DNA from: Dehalococcoidia bacterium
GTDB taxonomy: Bacteria; Chloroflexota; Dehalococcoidia; Lucifugimonadales; VXLM01
Length of the DNA stretch: 64,000 nt
Assembly (NCBI GenBank): GCA_963662435.1
Contig: OY759598.1
Coordinates: forward strand, 496,001 to 560,000
Direction of reading: 5' to 3'
Part shown: piece after piece, positions 21,900-32,194 of the stretch
Numbering within the stretch: position 1 is the stretch's first letter
Layout: the number at the start of each line of letters is the position of its first letter
Made by a program: the position numbers and the translations under genes
Notes under the pieces: model-generated
The model's database searches: none
What the model saw: only the letters and a program-made list of their open reading frames with translations
Told to the model about the DNA's origin: nothing

Positions 21900-22186
21900 A
21901 TGCGTGAAATTCAAGTGACTCAAGCCAAGGCGCACTTTGCCGAGCTTCTCCGTGAAGTGGAGCACGGCAAGTCGTTTGCCATCACCCGGCACGGAAGGAC
22001 CGTTGCTCACTTGTTTCCCCCCACACGCAGGACCATGCGAGTCGACAAGCGGCAGTGGAGCAATTCCGCCGCCGCAGAGCAGGGTGGAGGCGTGTCAATG
22101 TCTCAATTGAAGAGATACTCGCGTGGCGACACGAAGGCCACCGCCCATGTTTTTTCGAACGAGGCGGAGCGCAGGGAGGAATCTAA
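21900..22186 (+). pseudogene. Phd/YefM antitoxin, frameshifted at C6 run 22017-22022, no toxin downstream
   Basis: 'MREIQVTQAKAHFAELLREVEHGKSFAITRHGRTVA'; the shifted frame gives 'AAVEQFRRRR...SIEEILAWRHEGHR'. Confidence 0.65.
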
Positions 22187-22488
22187 GAAGTTGAGTAGCA
22201 TGAGTTGCGGATGAGTCAACCATGAACATCCTGGATTCCTCGCCGAGCTCGGAATGACAGGCTCTTGTGCTTGACTGTGGTGATCGGAAGACGCAGCGAC
22301 AATCCAAGAGCGTATCCGAGAGGAACCGCGTCCATCCTGAGCATCGTTACGCGCCGGGTTTAGGGCCATGCCGGGATGTCAGTAACTGCCACCGAGACAG
22401 CATAATCACACTTGAAGATGGTCTAGTGGAGAAACCGAATACTCTCCACCCTCAGTGCTCTCTGTGTTCTCTGCGGTGAATCTTCGAC

Positions 22489-25074
22489 CTATCCCTCCAA
22501 CCACTCCGCCAGCGGACCTCGGTTCTTCTCCAGCCATGCGACGTTCAGGCGAATGGCTTCCAGGGCCTGCCGGATCGTCCGGTCCGCTGCCGGTACGGGC
22601 GTATCGGTGAAGAACTTCTCCACGTCCTCCAACATCTCCTGCGTCGTGAACCTCCCCGCGATGCTGACGAGGGTCATCAGGCCAAACCCACCCTCGCCGT
22701 AACGCCGGTCGAACTCGGCCCAGTTGGCCTTCAGGAAGTCCCACGCTAGGTCCTTGCCCTTCGGATTGCCCGACATCCTCGCCATGATCCCGATGGTATT
22801 GTGCGTGCGTACGAAATCGGTATCCAGCGACCGTTCGAGCGTCGTCGCCAGCAAGTCAGGTTCCTCGAACTCCGTCAGCGCTCCCAGAAGCCTGATCTTC
22901 TCCTCTTCCAGGGTGGCTTCCTGCTCCAACGACCACATGGAGTGGTAGACGTCGCTGTCGCCCTCCTTTGCCGTGAGGCTGAGGATGACCTTGCGGATAT
23001 CGGGATTAACGCTGCTCTGGTCCTTGGCGTAACCTTCGAACCTCCGTCCGGCCTCCGCGAGGGTCTCGGGGTCTCCGTACCCTCCGAGTCCGGCCAGCAC
23101 CGTGCTGCGGAGCAGCGCGTCGAGGTGGCCCTCATCCGGCTTCGGGTCCCAGCCTGCTCGCCTGCCCGCGGGCCCGAACAGCTCCCGCCCGAAGCGTTGG
23201 TATGCCTCGAAGAACGGCTCGTCGTTCAGGAGATTGTTCAGCCCCCCAAGGTTCGCCCCGAGGTCGCCCCAGACATAGGCGTGCTCCTCATTTACGTAGG
23301 CCTGCGCAATCTCCAGGAAGTCCGTCGCGGGCTGAATGCCGGCCTTCGCAAGGGCGTACGCGTCGCTCTGGATTCCCAGTCGGTCGATGGCAGACAGGTC
23401 GAGACTCTCGATGGCTGGCCGCAGCAGCGCGAGGTCTTCGCCCCGGTACTTCACTCGGAAGAAGCCCGTCTGCTCAGGATTGACCTTGACCCAATCGCTA
23501 GCGCCTCCGCCAACGCTCAGGCTCGCGTTCCTTCCCCGTTGGAGCGTGGACGCCACCTCGCCACTCGACGCCGACCGCGCCCGAAGGGGAACATGCCAGA
23601 GGGTGTCATCCTCCCCGGAGTCGTCGATGATAGAGTCGTAGGAGAAGCGCTGCTGCGCGACCGAGACGGCGATTCCGGTCTCCTCCCTCGTGATCTCCGC
23701 CTCAAGATACGGGTACCCCGTCTGATGCAGCCACGTCTCCATCATCTCCGAGACCGGCTGACCGGAGGCCTCGCCGAGGGCGTCCCACAGGTCTCCCGTA
23801 TCGGCGTTGGCGTAGCTGTGCTTCACGAGGTAGTTGTGGAGTCCTTGCCTGAAGTTCTCGGAGCCGAGGAAGTCCTCGAGCATCCGCAGCACCGAGCCGC
23901 CCTTGCTGTAGCTGATGGCGTCGAAGAGCTGCCCGATCTCCGCCGGGTTCTTGACCTCCTGGTGAATCGGGTGCGAGTTCTTAAGTCCGTCGAGGCTGAG
24001 AGCGCGAGTCGTATCCTGGGACACGAAGCTCGTCCACGTATCCCATTCCGGGAACAGGTTGTCGACCGCCATATCGCCCATCCACGAAGCGAAGCTCTCG
24101 TTCAGCCAGAGGGCGTCCCACCAGGCCATGGTCACGAGGTTGCCGAACCACTGGTGAGCCATCTCGTGCGACACTATGCTGGCGACGATCTGCTTCGTGC
24201 CCGCAGACGTGTTCTCCGGATCGACGAGAATGGCGATCTCGCGATAGGTGATGGCTCCCCAGTTCTCCATCGCCCCCGCCGCGAAGTCGGGAATGGCGAT
24301 GTGGTCCATCTTTTCGAGCGGATAGGGTATGCCGAAGTAGTCGTTGAAGTAGGCCAGCAGGTCGACCGACACGTCCAACGCAAACCGCCCCTGCTCCTCC
24401 TTGCCGCGCGTCGTGTAGACCCGGACGACTGTGCCGTCTTTCGCAGTCCTCTCGACACAGCCGAGCTCTCCGATTATGAAGGCCAGCAGGTAGGTGGACA
24501 TGATGGGAGTCTCGCCGAACTCCAGCCTCTTCTGTCCTGGCTCGGCCTCGCTCTCGCGCACGATGCTCATGTTCGACACCGCGACGAGGTCCGAGGGAAT
24601 GATGAGCGTGACCTTGAACGTCGCCTTGATGGCCGGCTCGTCCCAGCAGGGGAACGCGCGTCGCGCGTCCGTAGCCTCCAACTGCGTCGTGGCAAGGTAC
24701 TTTTCCGTGCCGTCAGAGTCGACGTACCTGCTCCGATAGAACCCTCGCAGCTTGTCGTTGAGTTCTCCCGTGAACTCCAGGTGCAATCGGGCCTGTCCGG
24801 ACTCGAGCTCCTCGTCGAACCCCAGCGTAACGGTCTCCTGCTCCCTGTCGAAGTCGACGCAGCACGGTTCAAGGCTCCGTCCATCGGCCAGGGTCAGCCG
24901 CGTCGCCTGAATTTCTAACTCGTCGGCGTTCATCACGATCTCGCTCGTCGGCTCGTGAATCGTAAGGACGATGTCCTCCTCGCCTTGGAAGGTGAACTTC
25001 TCAAGGTCCGGTTGGAGCGTCAGGTCATAGGCGGACGGTAGGACGGCGGTCGGCAGCATGGTGGGTGTGGTCAT
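22489..25074 (-). CDS. pepN: M1 aminopeptidase N (ERAP1-like C-terminus)
   Basis: 'GAMENWG', 'HEMAHQWFGNLVT...LNE', 'YSKG'. Confidence 0.92.
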   Translation of the reverse strand: MTTPTMLPTAVLPSAYDLTLQPDLEKFTFQGEEDIVLTIHEPTSEIVMNADELEIQATRLTLADGRSLEPCCVDFDREQETVTLGFDEELESGQARLHLEFTGELNDKLRGFYRSRYVDSDGTEKYLATTQLEATDARRAFPCWDEPAIKATFKVTLIIPSDLVAVSNMSIVRESEAEPGQKRLEFGETPIMSTYLLAFIIGELGCVERTAKDGTVVRVYTTRGKEEQGRFALDVSVDLLAYFNDYFGIPYPLEKMDHIAIPDFAAGAMENWGAITYREIAILVDPENTSAGTKQIVASIVSHEMAHQWFGNLVTMAWWDALWLNESFASWMGDMAVDNLFPEWDTWTSFVSQDTTRALSLDGLKNSHPIHQEVKNPAEIGQLFDAISYSKGGSVLRMLEDFLGSENFRQGLHNYLVKHSYANADTGDLWDALGEASGQPVSEMMETWLHQTGYPYLEAEITREETGIAVSVAQQRFSYDSIIDDSGEDDTLWHVPLRARSASSGEVASTLQRGRNASLSVGGGASDWVKVNPEQTGFFRVKYRGEDLALLRPAIESLDLSAIDRLGIQSDAYALAKAGIQPATDFLEIAQAYVNEEHAYVWGDLGANLGGLNNLLNDEPFFEAYQRFGRELFGPAGRRAGWDPKPDEGHLDALLRSTVLAGLGGYGDPETLAEAGRRFEGYAKDQSSVNPDIRKVILSLTAKEGDSDVYHSMWSLEQEATLEEEKIRLLGALTEFEEPDLLATTLERSLDTDFVRTHNTIGIMARMSGNPKGKDLAWDFLKANWAEFDRRYGEGGFGLMTLVSIAGRFTTQEMLEDVEKFFTDTPVPAADRTIRQALEAIRLNVAWLEKNRGPLAEWLEG

Positions 25075-25102
25075 ATCAGGGTCCTCTCTTCAGGCGTATC
25101 TG

Positions 25103-25900
25103 TTATTTGCCCTTCCAAATGGGCTTGCGTTTGGCGGCGAATGCTCTTGGGCCCTCCACGAAGTCCTCCGAGTCTCGTGCCCTGCGGAACTCGCTGTACT
25201 CCCGTTTGATCGCGACGTCCAGCGTCGATTCCAGCCCTTGCAGCGCCACCTGCTTGGTCGCGCGCACCGATAGCGGGGCGGCCTCCATGATGTTGTTGGC
25301 CCAGCGTTCGGCGGTCGGAATGAGGTCACCCTTCGTAGATGCTATTTCGTTGACGAGACCCCACCGGTGGGCCTCCTCCGCGGTGATCGGCTTACCTCCT
25401 AGCAGGATGCCCATGGCGATGTTCAGCGGCATCTGCCGGACGATGCGGTGCGGTCCTCCACCGCTTGCCACCACGCCGACCGTCGCCTCGGGAAGGCCGA
25501 ATCGCGCGTCCTCAGTCGCGACGATAAGGTCGCAGGAGAGGGCAAGCTCGAACCCGCCTCCGAGCGCATAGCCGTGCACTGCCGCGATGATCGGCTTCCA
25601 GCACTTGAAATCGGCCGTGATGCCTCCGAATGGATAGAGATGTGCGTCTGGGTAAGGCTCGCCGGGCTTGCCGTGTTCTGCCATGTTCTTGAGGTCATTC
25701 CCGGCGCAGAATGCCCTGTCGCCCGCGCCGCTCAGGATGGCCACGAGGACATCGTCGTCGTCACGAAAGTCGGTGAAGGCCTCTCTTACTTCCCGATTCC
25801 CGTCTGGGTGCAGGGCATTGAGTTGGGACGGACGGTTCAGCGTGACGTAGGCTATCCGCTCGCGCTTTTCATACAGGATGTGTTCGAACTGCATAACCAC
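25103..25900 (-). CDS. Enoyl-CoA hydratase/isomerase (CaiD-like)
   Basis: 'FCAGNDL', 'GYALGGGFELAL', 'FGLPE'. Confidence 0.9.
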   Translation of the reverse strand: MVMQFEHILYEKRERIAYVTLNRPSQLNALHPDGNREVREAFTDFRDDDDVLVAILSGAGDRAFCAGNDLKNMAEHGKPGEPYPDAHLYPFGGITADFKCWKPIIAAVHGYALGGGFELALSCDLIVATEDARFGLPEATVGVVASGGGPHRIVRQMPLNIAMGILLGGKPITAEEAHRWGLVNEIASTKGDLIPTAERWANNIMEAAPLSVRATKQVALQGLESTLDVAIKREYSEFRRARDSEDFVEGPRAFAAKRKPIWKGK

Positions 25901-25905
25901 CTCTC

Positions 25906-26526
25906 TCAGATGACAATCGGCTCGCGTCCGGGACGTTTCCGCTCCCGACGGATGATGGAGTTGATCTCTCCTACGGCCTCATCAATGCGATCGGTCCGGT
26001 TCACAACCACATGATCGTACTTTTCGACCTCTTCCATTTCCTTCGAAGCCGTTTCGAGTCTGACTCTCAGTGCTTCCGGCGACTCGGTCCTTCTCAGCGT
26101 CAGGCGGCGTTCAAGCTCCGCCAAATCGGGCGGAGCGATGAAGACGTACAGGGCGCCCGGCACAAGCCTTCGAATGTTATCGCCGCCCTGCACGTCGATC
26201 TTGAGAATCACGTCCTGCCCTCGGGCCAGGGCATCGCGCACGGGTGACTTCGGCACACCGTAGAGATTCCCGTACACCTCTGCCCATTCAAGCAGTTCAT
26301 GGTTCTGAATCATGTTCTGGAATTCGCCCCGACTGACGAAGAGGTAATCTACGCCGTCGACCTCGTTGTCCCGCCTGGGGCGAGCGGTCGCCGTCACGGC
26401 GAAGTGGTAGTGGACGTCCGAAGTCTTCATTCGGCCGAGTATCGCGTCTTTACCGACGCCCGACGGACCTGAGATCACAACTAGGAGGGGGATGCCTTCG
26501 CCCGGTGATGTGCCCACTGCTCTCAC
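25906..26526 (-). CDS. gmk: Guanylate kinase
   Basis: 'GPSGVGKD', 'EVDGVDY', 'YGNLYG', 'IDVQG'. Confidence 0.93.
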   Translation of the reverse strand: MRAVGTSPGEGIPLLVVISGPSGVGKDAILGRMKTSDVHYHFAVTATARPRRDNEVDGVDYLFVSRGEFQNMIQNHELLEWAEVYGNLYGVPKSPVRDALARGQDVILKIDVQGGDNIRRLVPGALYVFIAPPDLAELERRLTLRRTESPEALRVRLETASKEMEEVEKYDHVVVNRTDRIDEAVGEINSIIRRERKRPGREPIVI

Positions 26527-27836
26527 GCAGAGGGACCGGACACGGAATCGAGAGTGCCCCAGAACGTCGGGTACGACACGTCCGCCGCATCCGCGCCGTC
26601 AATGGCTGTCTCGCCGTCCGCGATGGTGCCCGCGATCCCCATCGTCATGGCGATACGGTGGTCACCGAAGCTGTCGACGTTGGCCCCGTGCAGCTTTCTG
26701 CCGCCTCGGATAACCATGCCGTCCTCGGTCTCCTCCACGTCGACGCCTAGACGAGCGAGTCCCATCACGGTCGCGGTTATCCGGTCGGACTCCTTGACGC
26801 GCAGTTCTTCAGCGTCCCGTATTATCGACGTGCCCCTGGCTTGCGACGCCGCCAGCGCAAGCACAGGTATCTCGTCGATGACCTGCGGGATGATGTCTCC
26901 GGCTATCTCCACGCCCTGAAGGCCTGACGACTCGACGACGATGTCCGCCGCCGGCTCCGACTCGTCCTCCACGACGTTCTCCATGCGGAGGGTCGCTCCC
27001 ATTGCTTGCAGGACTTCAATCACGCCTGTGCGGGAGGGATTTATGCCAACATTGTTAAGCCGAATATTCGCGTTGGGATGAGCCGCCCCCGCAACCATCC
27101 AGAATGCGGCGGAGCTGATGTCGCCGGGAACCCTGACGTTGGTGGCAGTGAGATTGGAAGCCTGTACGGATACCGTGAGGCCATTGATATCCACGTCAGC
27201 CCCCATGTGGCGCATCATGCGTTCTGTATGGTCGCGCGACTGTCCCGGCGAGCGCACGACGGTGCGGCCTTCGGCGTACAGCCCTGCAATGAGGATTGCT
27301 GACTTCACCTGGGCGCTCGCGACCTTGAGATCGTACTCGACGGCCTTCAGGTTTCCGCCTCTCACCGACAGGGGTAGCAGAGAGTCGTTGCTGCGACCCA
27401 TGAAGACAGCGCCCATCTCGCGGAGCGGTTCCACGATACGCGCCATAGGTCGCGATCGGAGCGAGTCGTCGCCCGTCAGGACCGACAGAAACGACTGTCC
27501 TGCCAGTAGTCCCGCCACGAGTCGAGTCGTCGTGCCACTGTTGCCCGCATGGAGCACGTCGGACGGTTCTTGAAGCCCGTCGAGGCCAACACCGGCAACT
27601 TCGAAGCACTCCTCGCCCGGCCAGACGTCACAATCGGTGTGCTCGGTGATCCGAACACCTAGCCCTCGCAGGCATCCGAGCATCGACGTGCGGTCGTCGC
27701 CCACGCAGAAATTGGACACGTGTGCCGTCCCTTCAGCGATGGAATTGAGCAGGGACGCACGGTGAGATATCGATTTGTCGCCGGCTGTCGATACGGTTCC
27801 TTCGAGCCGGCCCTGTGTCTGGATTGTTCTGTTCAC
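26523..27836 (-). CDS. aroA: EPSP synthase
   Basis: 'DKSISHR', 'GNSGTT', 'RPM', 'SAQVKS', 'KESDR', 'DHRIAM'. Confidence 0.96.
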   Translation of the reverse strand: MNRTIQTQGRLEGTVSTAGDKSISHRASLLNSIAEGTAHVSNFCVGDDRTSMLGCLRGLGVRITEHTDCDVWPGEECFEVAGVGLDGLQEPSDVLHAGNSGTTTRLVAGLLAGQSFLSVLTGDDSLRSRPMARIVEPLREMGAVFMGRSNDSLLPLSVRGGNLKAVEYDLKVASAQVKSAILIAGLYAEGRTVVRSPGQSRDHTERMMRHMGADVDINGLTVSVQASNLTATNVRVPGDISSAAFWMVAGAAHPNANIRLNNVGINPSRTGVIEVLQAMGATLRMENVVEDESEPAADIVVESSGLQGVEIAGDIIPQVIDEIPVLALAASQARGTSIIRDAEELRVKESDRITATVMGLARLGVDVEETEDGMVIRGGRKLHGANVDSFGDHRIAMTMGIAGTIADGETAIDGADAADVSYPTFWGTLDSVSGPSA

Positions 27837-28846
27837 TTGTCCTCTTGAGTCCTTTTGCCGGAATAGCGCCAGGGTGAGTCTTTCTTGGCATCCTTGATAT
27901 CTCTTGCCCTGCCTGCAAGCCTGCTTCCAACAAACATGCTGGCAACCGTCTCTCCGGTGGAGGGCATTCGCGGCCCATCGTATTCTTGAACTTGGCCCAA
28001 CTCCAGTTTGAGTCGCTCCTCCCAGGACCTGACAAGAGCTTCCTCAACCTTGTCTCGCGGGCTTTGGGCCAGGCTCCTGTAAGACTGGAGCGCCTCGATC
28101 ATGCGGTCGATCCAAACGGCGACGGAGTCTGAATTGATTCCGACTTCGTCGGCCAGTTCGACCGGGTCGACTGAGGCAAGCGTGGCAGCTTGATGAAACT
28201 CGCTGCCGACCAGCTTCGACATCTCCCGCCAGGACGGGCTGTCAGAAGCCATGCTCACCAATGCCGAAGACAGCAGCGTCGGCATGAGCGTTACCGCCGC
28301 AGTGTACGAGTCGTGTTCGTGCGGATCGAGGAACAGCGGGTTCGCGCCGAGCGATTCGACGAGGCCAACGACGGTCCTCATCCCTTCAGGCCGGGCCGTT
28401 AGCGAGGGAGCGAGGCAATAGTCGATGCCTTGAAACGCGTCTCCGTCCGCGGCGTCGAGATCGCTGGAGGGGACTCTTAGGAGCGGGCGGCCGGCAACGA
28501 ATGTCGTATCGTCACGGAAGTAGGAGTCCGCCCATTCCAGGGTCTGCGTCATCGACAGGCCCGTGTTGGTCACCCGGCAGTCCTGCTCCAGCACGGGGCC
28601 GATGGCTTCCATGAGCTCCTTCGTCTCGGATGCCGGCGTGTCGAGAACCACGAGCCTCGCGCCTTCGAGCGCGCTTCCCAGGTTCCCACCAACAGAGTCG
28701 AAGGCGCCCGTCTCGCTGGCCTTTTCGCGCCACTTGCGGTCGCCGGACGTACCGACAACCTCGGTCTCTTTCAGTTCGAGGGACTTGATTCCAAGTCCCA
28801 TCGAAAGTGCGATACTGCCGGATCCTATGATCGTAATTCTATCCAT
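27833..28846 (-). CDS. tyrA: Prephenate/arogenate dehydrogenase-like protein (degenerate motifs)
   Basis: Rossmann start, 'DPHEHD', position upstream of aroA; the canonical GHP motif reads GRP. Confidence 0.65.
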   Translation of the reverse strand: MDRITIIGSGSIALSMGLGIKSLELKETEVVGTSGDRKWREKASETGAFDSVGGNLGSALEGARLVVLDTPASETKELMEAIGPVLEQDCRVTNTGLSMTQTLEWADSYFRDDTTFVAGRPLLRVPSSDLDAADGDAFQGIDYCLAPSLTARPEGMRTVVGLVESLGANPLFLDPHEHDSYTAAVTLMPTLLSSALVSMASDSPSWREMSKLVGSEFHQAATLASVDPVELADEVGINSDSVAVWIDRMIEALQSYRSLAQSPRDKVEEALVRSWEERLKLELGQVQEYDGPRMPSTGETVASMFVGSRLAGRARDIKDAKKDSPWRYSGKRTQEDK

Positions 28847-28889
28847 TGCGGGCGCTTGTTCCTCTATTCATATGAAAGATTGAATCAGA

Positions 28890-29597
28890 TTAGCCCCAAA
28901 TCTGTCCACCAATGATGATGAACGCAAGGGCGTTCACTAGGGGCCTCATGATCGGAACGAGCAGGCTCCCCGTGGGCAGTATGAAACCGGAGATGATGAG
29001 GACGAGCAGAATCAACGGTCCCCAACGCTCCAGCTTCATCCACTCCGACGCCAGGTTTCGTGGGAGAAGTCCGAGCACGACTTTGAATCCGTCCAGGGGC
29101 GCGACGGGGATGAGATTGAATGCCGCCAGGAGGATGTTTATGAATATGAGCGATCCAAGCAGATAAGCCCAAATCTCGCCGATGTCCCCGCGGAAGAGCG
29201 AGAATCCGACGACCCCTGGACTGAGCAGGCCCATCTTTACCGGCAGCGCGGCCAGCGAAGCGACGATCACGTTCGATACCGGTCCGGCGAACGAGACCGC
29301 CGCAATTCCCGATCGCACACCCTTGCTGAAGCGCGCGGGATTGACCGGCGTCGGTCTTCCCCAGCCGAACCCGACCACTACTATCATGACGGTGCCCGCG
29401 GGATCGAGATGGGCAAGCGGGTTGAGAGTGAGCCTACCCTGACTCTTCGCGGTGCCGTCTCCCAGCAGGTTCGCCGTCAGGGCGTGACTGAACTCGTGAA
29501 CCGTGATCGCAACAATGACGACGAGGACGAACGCCATGAGTGTTATCACCGCATTCGTTGGCTCGGAACCGAGATGTTCGAGGACGGCGAACAGCAA
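28890..29597 (-). CDS. Site-2 protease (M50)
   Basis: 'HEFSH', 'AGPVSN', 'FNLIPVAPLDG'. Confidence 0.9.
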   Translation of the reverse strand: MLFAVLEHLGSEPTNAVITLMAFVLVVIVAITVHEFSHALTANLLGDGTAKSQGRLTLNPLAHLDPAGTVMIVVVGFGWGRPTPVNPARFSKGVRSGIAAVSFAGPVSNVIVASLAALPVKMGLLSPGVVGFSLFRGDIGEIWAYLLGSLIFINILLAAFNLIPVAPLDGFKVVLGLLPRNLASEWMKLERWGPLILLVLIISGFILPTGSLLVPIMRPLVNALAFIIIGGQIWG

Positions 29598-29610
29598 CGA
29601 TCAGTGCCTC

Positions 29611-29651
29611 AAAACGAAGGCGGGACGACCATCGTCGTCCCGCCCGCTTTT
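29611..29651. terminator. Probable intrinsic terminator hairpin
   Basis: ggcgggacga-ccatcg-tcgtcccgcc with A/T runs on both sides. Confidence 0.5.
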
Positions 29652-29683
29652 TCAATACCTAACTGCCCGGGGTGCTTTAGTGA

Positions 29684-30094
29684 CTAGTGTCCCCCACCGC
29701 CGCATGCGCAGCCACCACCGCCGCCTCCACAACCACCGCCACCGCCGCCACAGCCACATGCTCCACTGCCGCAGCCGCCGCCCGCGAACTCTACGTTCGG
29801 GTTGCTGATGACGAAGCCGCTGCGCATCAGGCCTTCCATGTAGTCGATCTGCGCACCATCCACGAGGGGAGCGCTCTCGGAGTCGACTAGGACCGTGAGA
29901 CCTTCAACGTCCATGGCGAAGTCGTCGTCCTTCGCCTCTTCCTCAATACTCATCGCATACTGGAATCCGCCGTGAGGGCCCGGCATGGGCATTACTCTCA
30001 GGAGTGCGCCTGACTGCCCCTGCTCCTCGAGGGCTTCCTTGAGCTTCTGCGCCGCAAGGGGTGTGATATCGACGATCTGGGATGTCGTAGCCAA
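29684..30094 (-). CDS. HesB/IscA/ErpA-type Fe-S carrier with Gly/Cys tail
   Basis: 'ITPLAAQKL', 'LVDSESAPLVDGAQIDY', 'GFVISNPN', 'CGCG'. Confidence 0.8.
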   Translation of the reverse strand: MATTSQIVDITPLAAQKLKEALEEQGQSGALLRVMPMPGPHGGFQYAMSIEEEAKDDDFAMDVEGLTVLVDSESAPLVDGAQIDYMEGLMRSGFVISNPNVEFAGGGCGSGACGCGGGGGGCGGGGGGCACGGGGH

Positions 30095-30374
30095 GGAATC
30101 GACCTCCGGCGCCTGACGCGGCTATGCGTCGGCGGACTTTTTGGTATGGCCCGATACTATCACGCCGCTTCTAATAGGGTCAATGTACAAAGGCGATGTG
30201 TTCCTGTCATCATCGACTGTGCGGGATAGCCGGCCTCCACAGGACGGTGCGATTGGGTTCCCGGTTGGGCGGCGCGAACTGTTCGTATCCCAGTGGTAAC
30301 CTTGCCTGTGCGAGGTTCGTTCTATTGGTGATTATCTACTTGACGCACGAATTGGAGGCCGTTAGAATGCGCGG

Positions 30375-30719
30375 ATGCAGAACTGGAAGACAGGGATCGG
30401 CGGGGCAATTATTGCGATTGCCAGCTTTGTGCATGGGTTGCCGGGGTTCTTCGACGACTCTAAGTCGTGGGTTGCATGGGTCAACGTTATGGAGCTAACG
30501 TCTCACCTATGGCTTATTGGCGTGTTCGGCGGCGTTCTCATAGCTACTTGGGGATGGTGGCGAAAGTATCTACTTCGTGTTCGTGGCAAGGTGGTTCCCA
30601 ATAGGAAGATGAAAGAGAAGGTTGAGCAGCTTGAGTATGAGACGGCCCTTAATAGTGCCAAGAGTCTACTTCTGAAACTCGACGTAGAGGAACACGTCGA
30701 TAAGAGCAAAGACAAATGA
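30375..30719 (+). CDS. IS passenger: small 2-TM membrane protein
   Basis: 114-aa ORF; TTGACG-17nt-TAGAAT promoter directly upstream. Confidence 0.6.
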   Translation: MQNWKTGIGGAIIAIASFVHGLPGFFDDSKSWVAWVNVMELTSHLWLIGVFGGVLIATWGWWRKYLLRVRGKVVPNRKMKEKVEQLEYETALNSAKSLLLKLDVEEHVDKSKDK

Positions 30720-30884
30720 TAGTCTCCTTGACAATAATACAGGTGTCCTATACGGTTCCACAGCCTCTGGACGGGCACCACAATCGCATATGGGTATGCA
30801 AGTCTGGCTCCGCGCCTCCTTGCGGCCTGTATGCGGGTGCTTTCCGTCCAGAGAGTCCTAGACTTGCTGCAAGGAGGCACCTGA

Positions 30885-31301
30885 ATGGAACGACTACAGG
30901 TAGCGATAGGCATAGCGGTTTTGATCGTCGTGACTGCGGGATGCAGTTTCAGCCAGTTCACGCAGTCCGAGAAGCTCACGGAGAATATCGACGACTACCG
31001 GACGGGATGCGAGGTCGATGCGGACACGCTAATGACCGAGTACAAGCAATGGGAAGCCAATCGTTGGCACTTCGACGCCGACGACCCGACACCGACACCG
31101 TCACCGATAGACGATATGGAAGTTGCGCTATCAGCTCACTTGGAGAGTGTTTGGGAGCATGGATGCGCGACCGGGCGGCGCGACGTGGTAGGAGCGGAGC
31201 AAACGACTCTCAAGGCCCTACGCGACCAGTTGGATATCCTCGACGATCGGCTCACCGAGCTAGAGGCAACGCCTACTCCCACGGCAACGCCGACACCCTA
31301 G
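30885..31301 (+). CDS. IS passenger: putative lipoprotein
   Basis: AGGAGG RBS; lipobox 'VTAGC'; coiled coil and PT tail. Confidence 0.7.
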   Translation: MERLQVAIGIAVLIVVTAGCSFSQFTQSEKLTENIDDYRTGCEVDADTLMTEYKQWEANRWHFDADDPTPTPSPIDDMEVALSAHLESVWEHGCATGRRDVVGAEQTTLKALRDQLDILDDRLTELEATPTPTATPTP

Positions 31302-31303
31302 AC

Positions 31304-32194
31304 CTAGGCGGCTGTGAGCCGCTCGTAGGTAAGATGCTCGGTGTTGACGATACGCTTGAGCGTGTCAACGAAGATGTGGTCGTTGTCGCGGTTGTTGTAG
31401 CGCCATTCGAGTTCCTCAAGATAGCGGTCAAGGTGCTTTGCGCTCACCTTGTGGAACGCTCCGACGATGCTACGCTTGAACAGCGACCACACACCTTCAA
31501 CCGTGTTGGTATGCACATCGCCCACGACCCACTCCTCAAGGCTGTGGTTGACCGTCTCATGGCGGGTGTTCTCGTCGGCAATCCCGATGTACGACTTGAG
31601 CTCGTCTGTGTAGATCGCCTGGGCTTCGTCTTTCACCGTCTCGGCGATGAAGGCATGGAGCGTGTCGCGCCGCACGTCGGGAATGCGCTTGAGGCGAATG
31701 GTTCCCTTACGCTGTACCGCTCCCGCTACCCACGTCTTATTCCCCTTGTAAGCGCGTCCCTTGCCTTTCGTCTTGCCGCCTACAAGCGTCTCGTCAACTT
31801 CGATGATGCCGAGCAAGGTAGGTCCGTCAAGAGGATCGTTCCCCATAGCCTCGCGGATGCGATGAGAGAGGTACCACGCCGTCTTGTAGGCTACTCCAAG
31901 CGTCCGTTTGAGTTGCAGAGCGGAGATACCCTTCTTGGACTCGCACATGAGGTAAATGGCGATGAACCACTTTCGGAGCGGCAAATGAGAGTCGTGCATG
32001 ATGGTGTCCGCCGTCACGCTGAACCGATACCGGCAAGCGTTGCAATCGTACTGCTTTCGAGTATCTATCTCCGATATGCTCAGAGAGCCACATCGGAGGC
32101 AAGCAACGCCGTTCGGCCAACGGAGACGTTCGAGAAGTTCACGGCACTTGGTATCAGTGCTAAAGTCGTCCATCAAAGTGAGAAGGTTTGTCAT
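31304..32194 (-). CDS. IS1595 transposase
   Basis: Zn ribbon CLRC/CNAC, 'SALQL', 'EVDET', 'YTDE', 'VNHS', 'HTNTVEG', 'YLEE'. Confidence 0.95.
   Translation of the reverse strand: MTNLLTLMDDFSTDTKCRELLERLRWPNGVACLRCGSLSISEIDTRKQYDCNACRYRFSVTADTIMHDSHLPLRKWFIAIYLMCESKKGISALQLKRTLGVAYKTAWYLSHRIREAMGNDPLDGPTLLGIIEVDETLVGGKTKGKGRAYKGNKTWVAGAVQRKGTIRLKRIPDVRRDTLHAFIAETVKDEAQAIYTDELKSYIGIADENTRHETVNHSLEEWVVGDVHTNTVEGVWSLFKRSIVGAFHKVSAKHLDRYLEELEWRYNNRDNDHIFVDTLKRIVNTEHLTYERLTAA

Noticed and set aside
22801..24918. 705-aa plus-strand ORF
   Set aside because: Antisense shadow of pepN, common in GC-rich DNA; no motifs
29684..30094. Selenocysteine in the HesB-like protein
   Set aside because: No in-frame TGA inside the ORF
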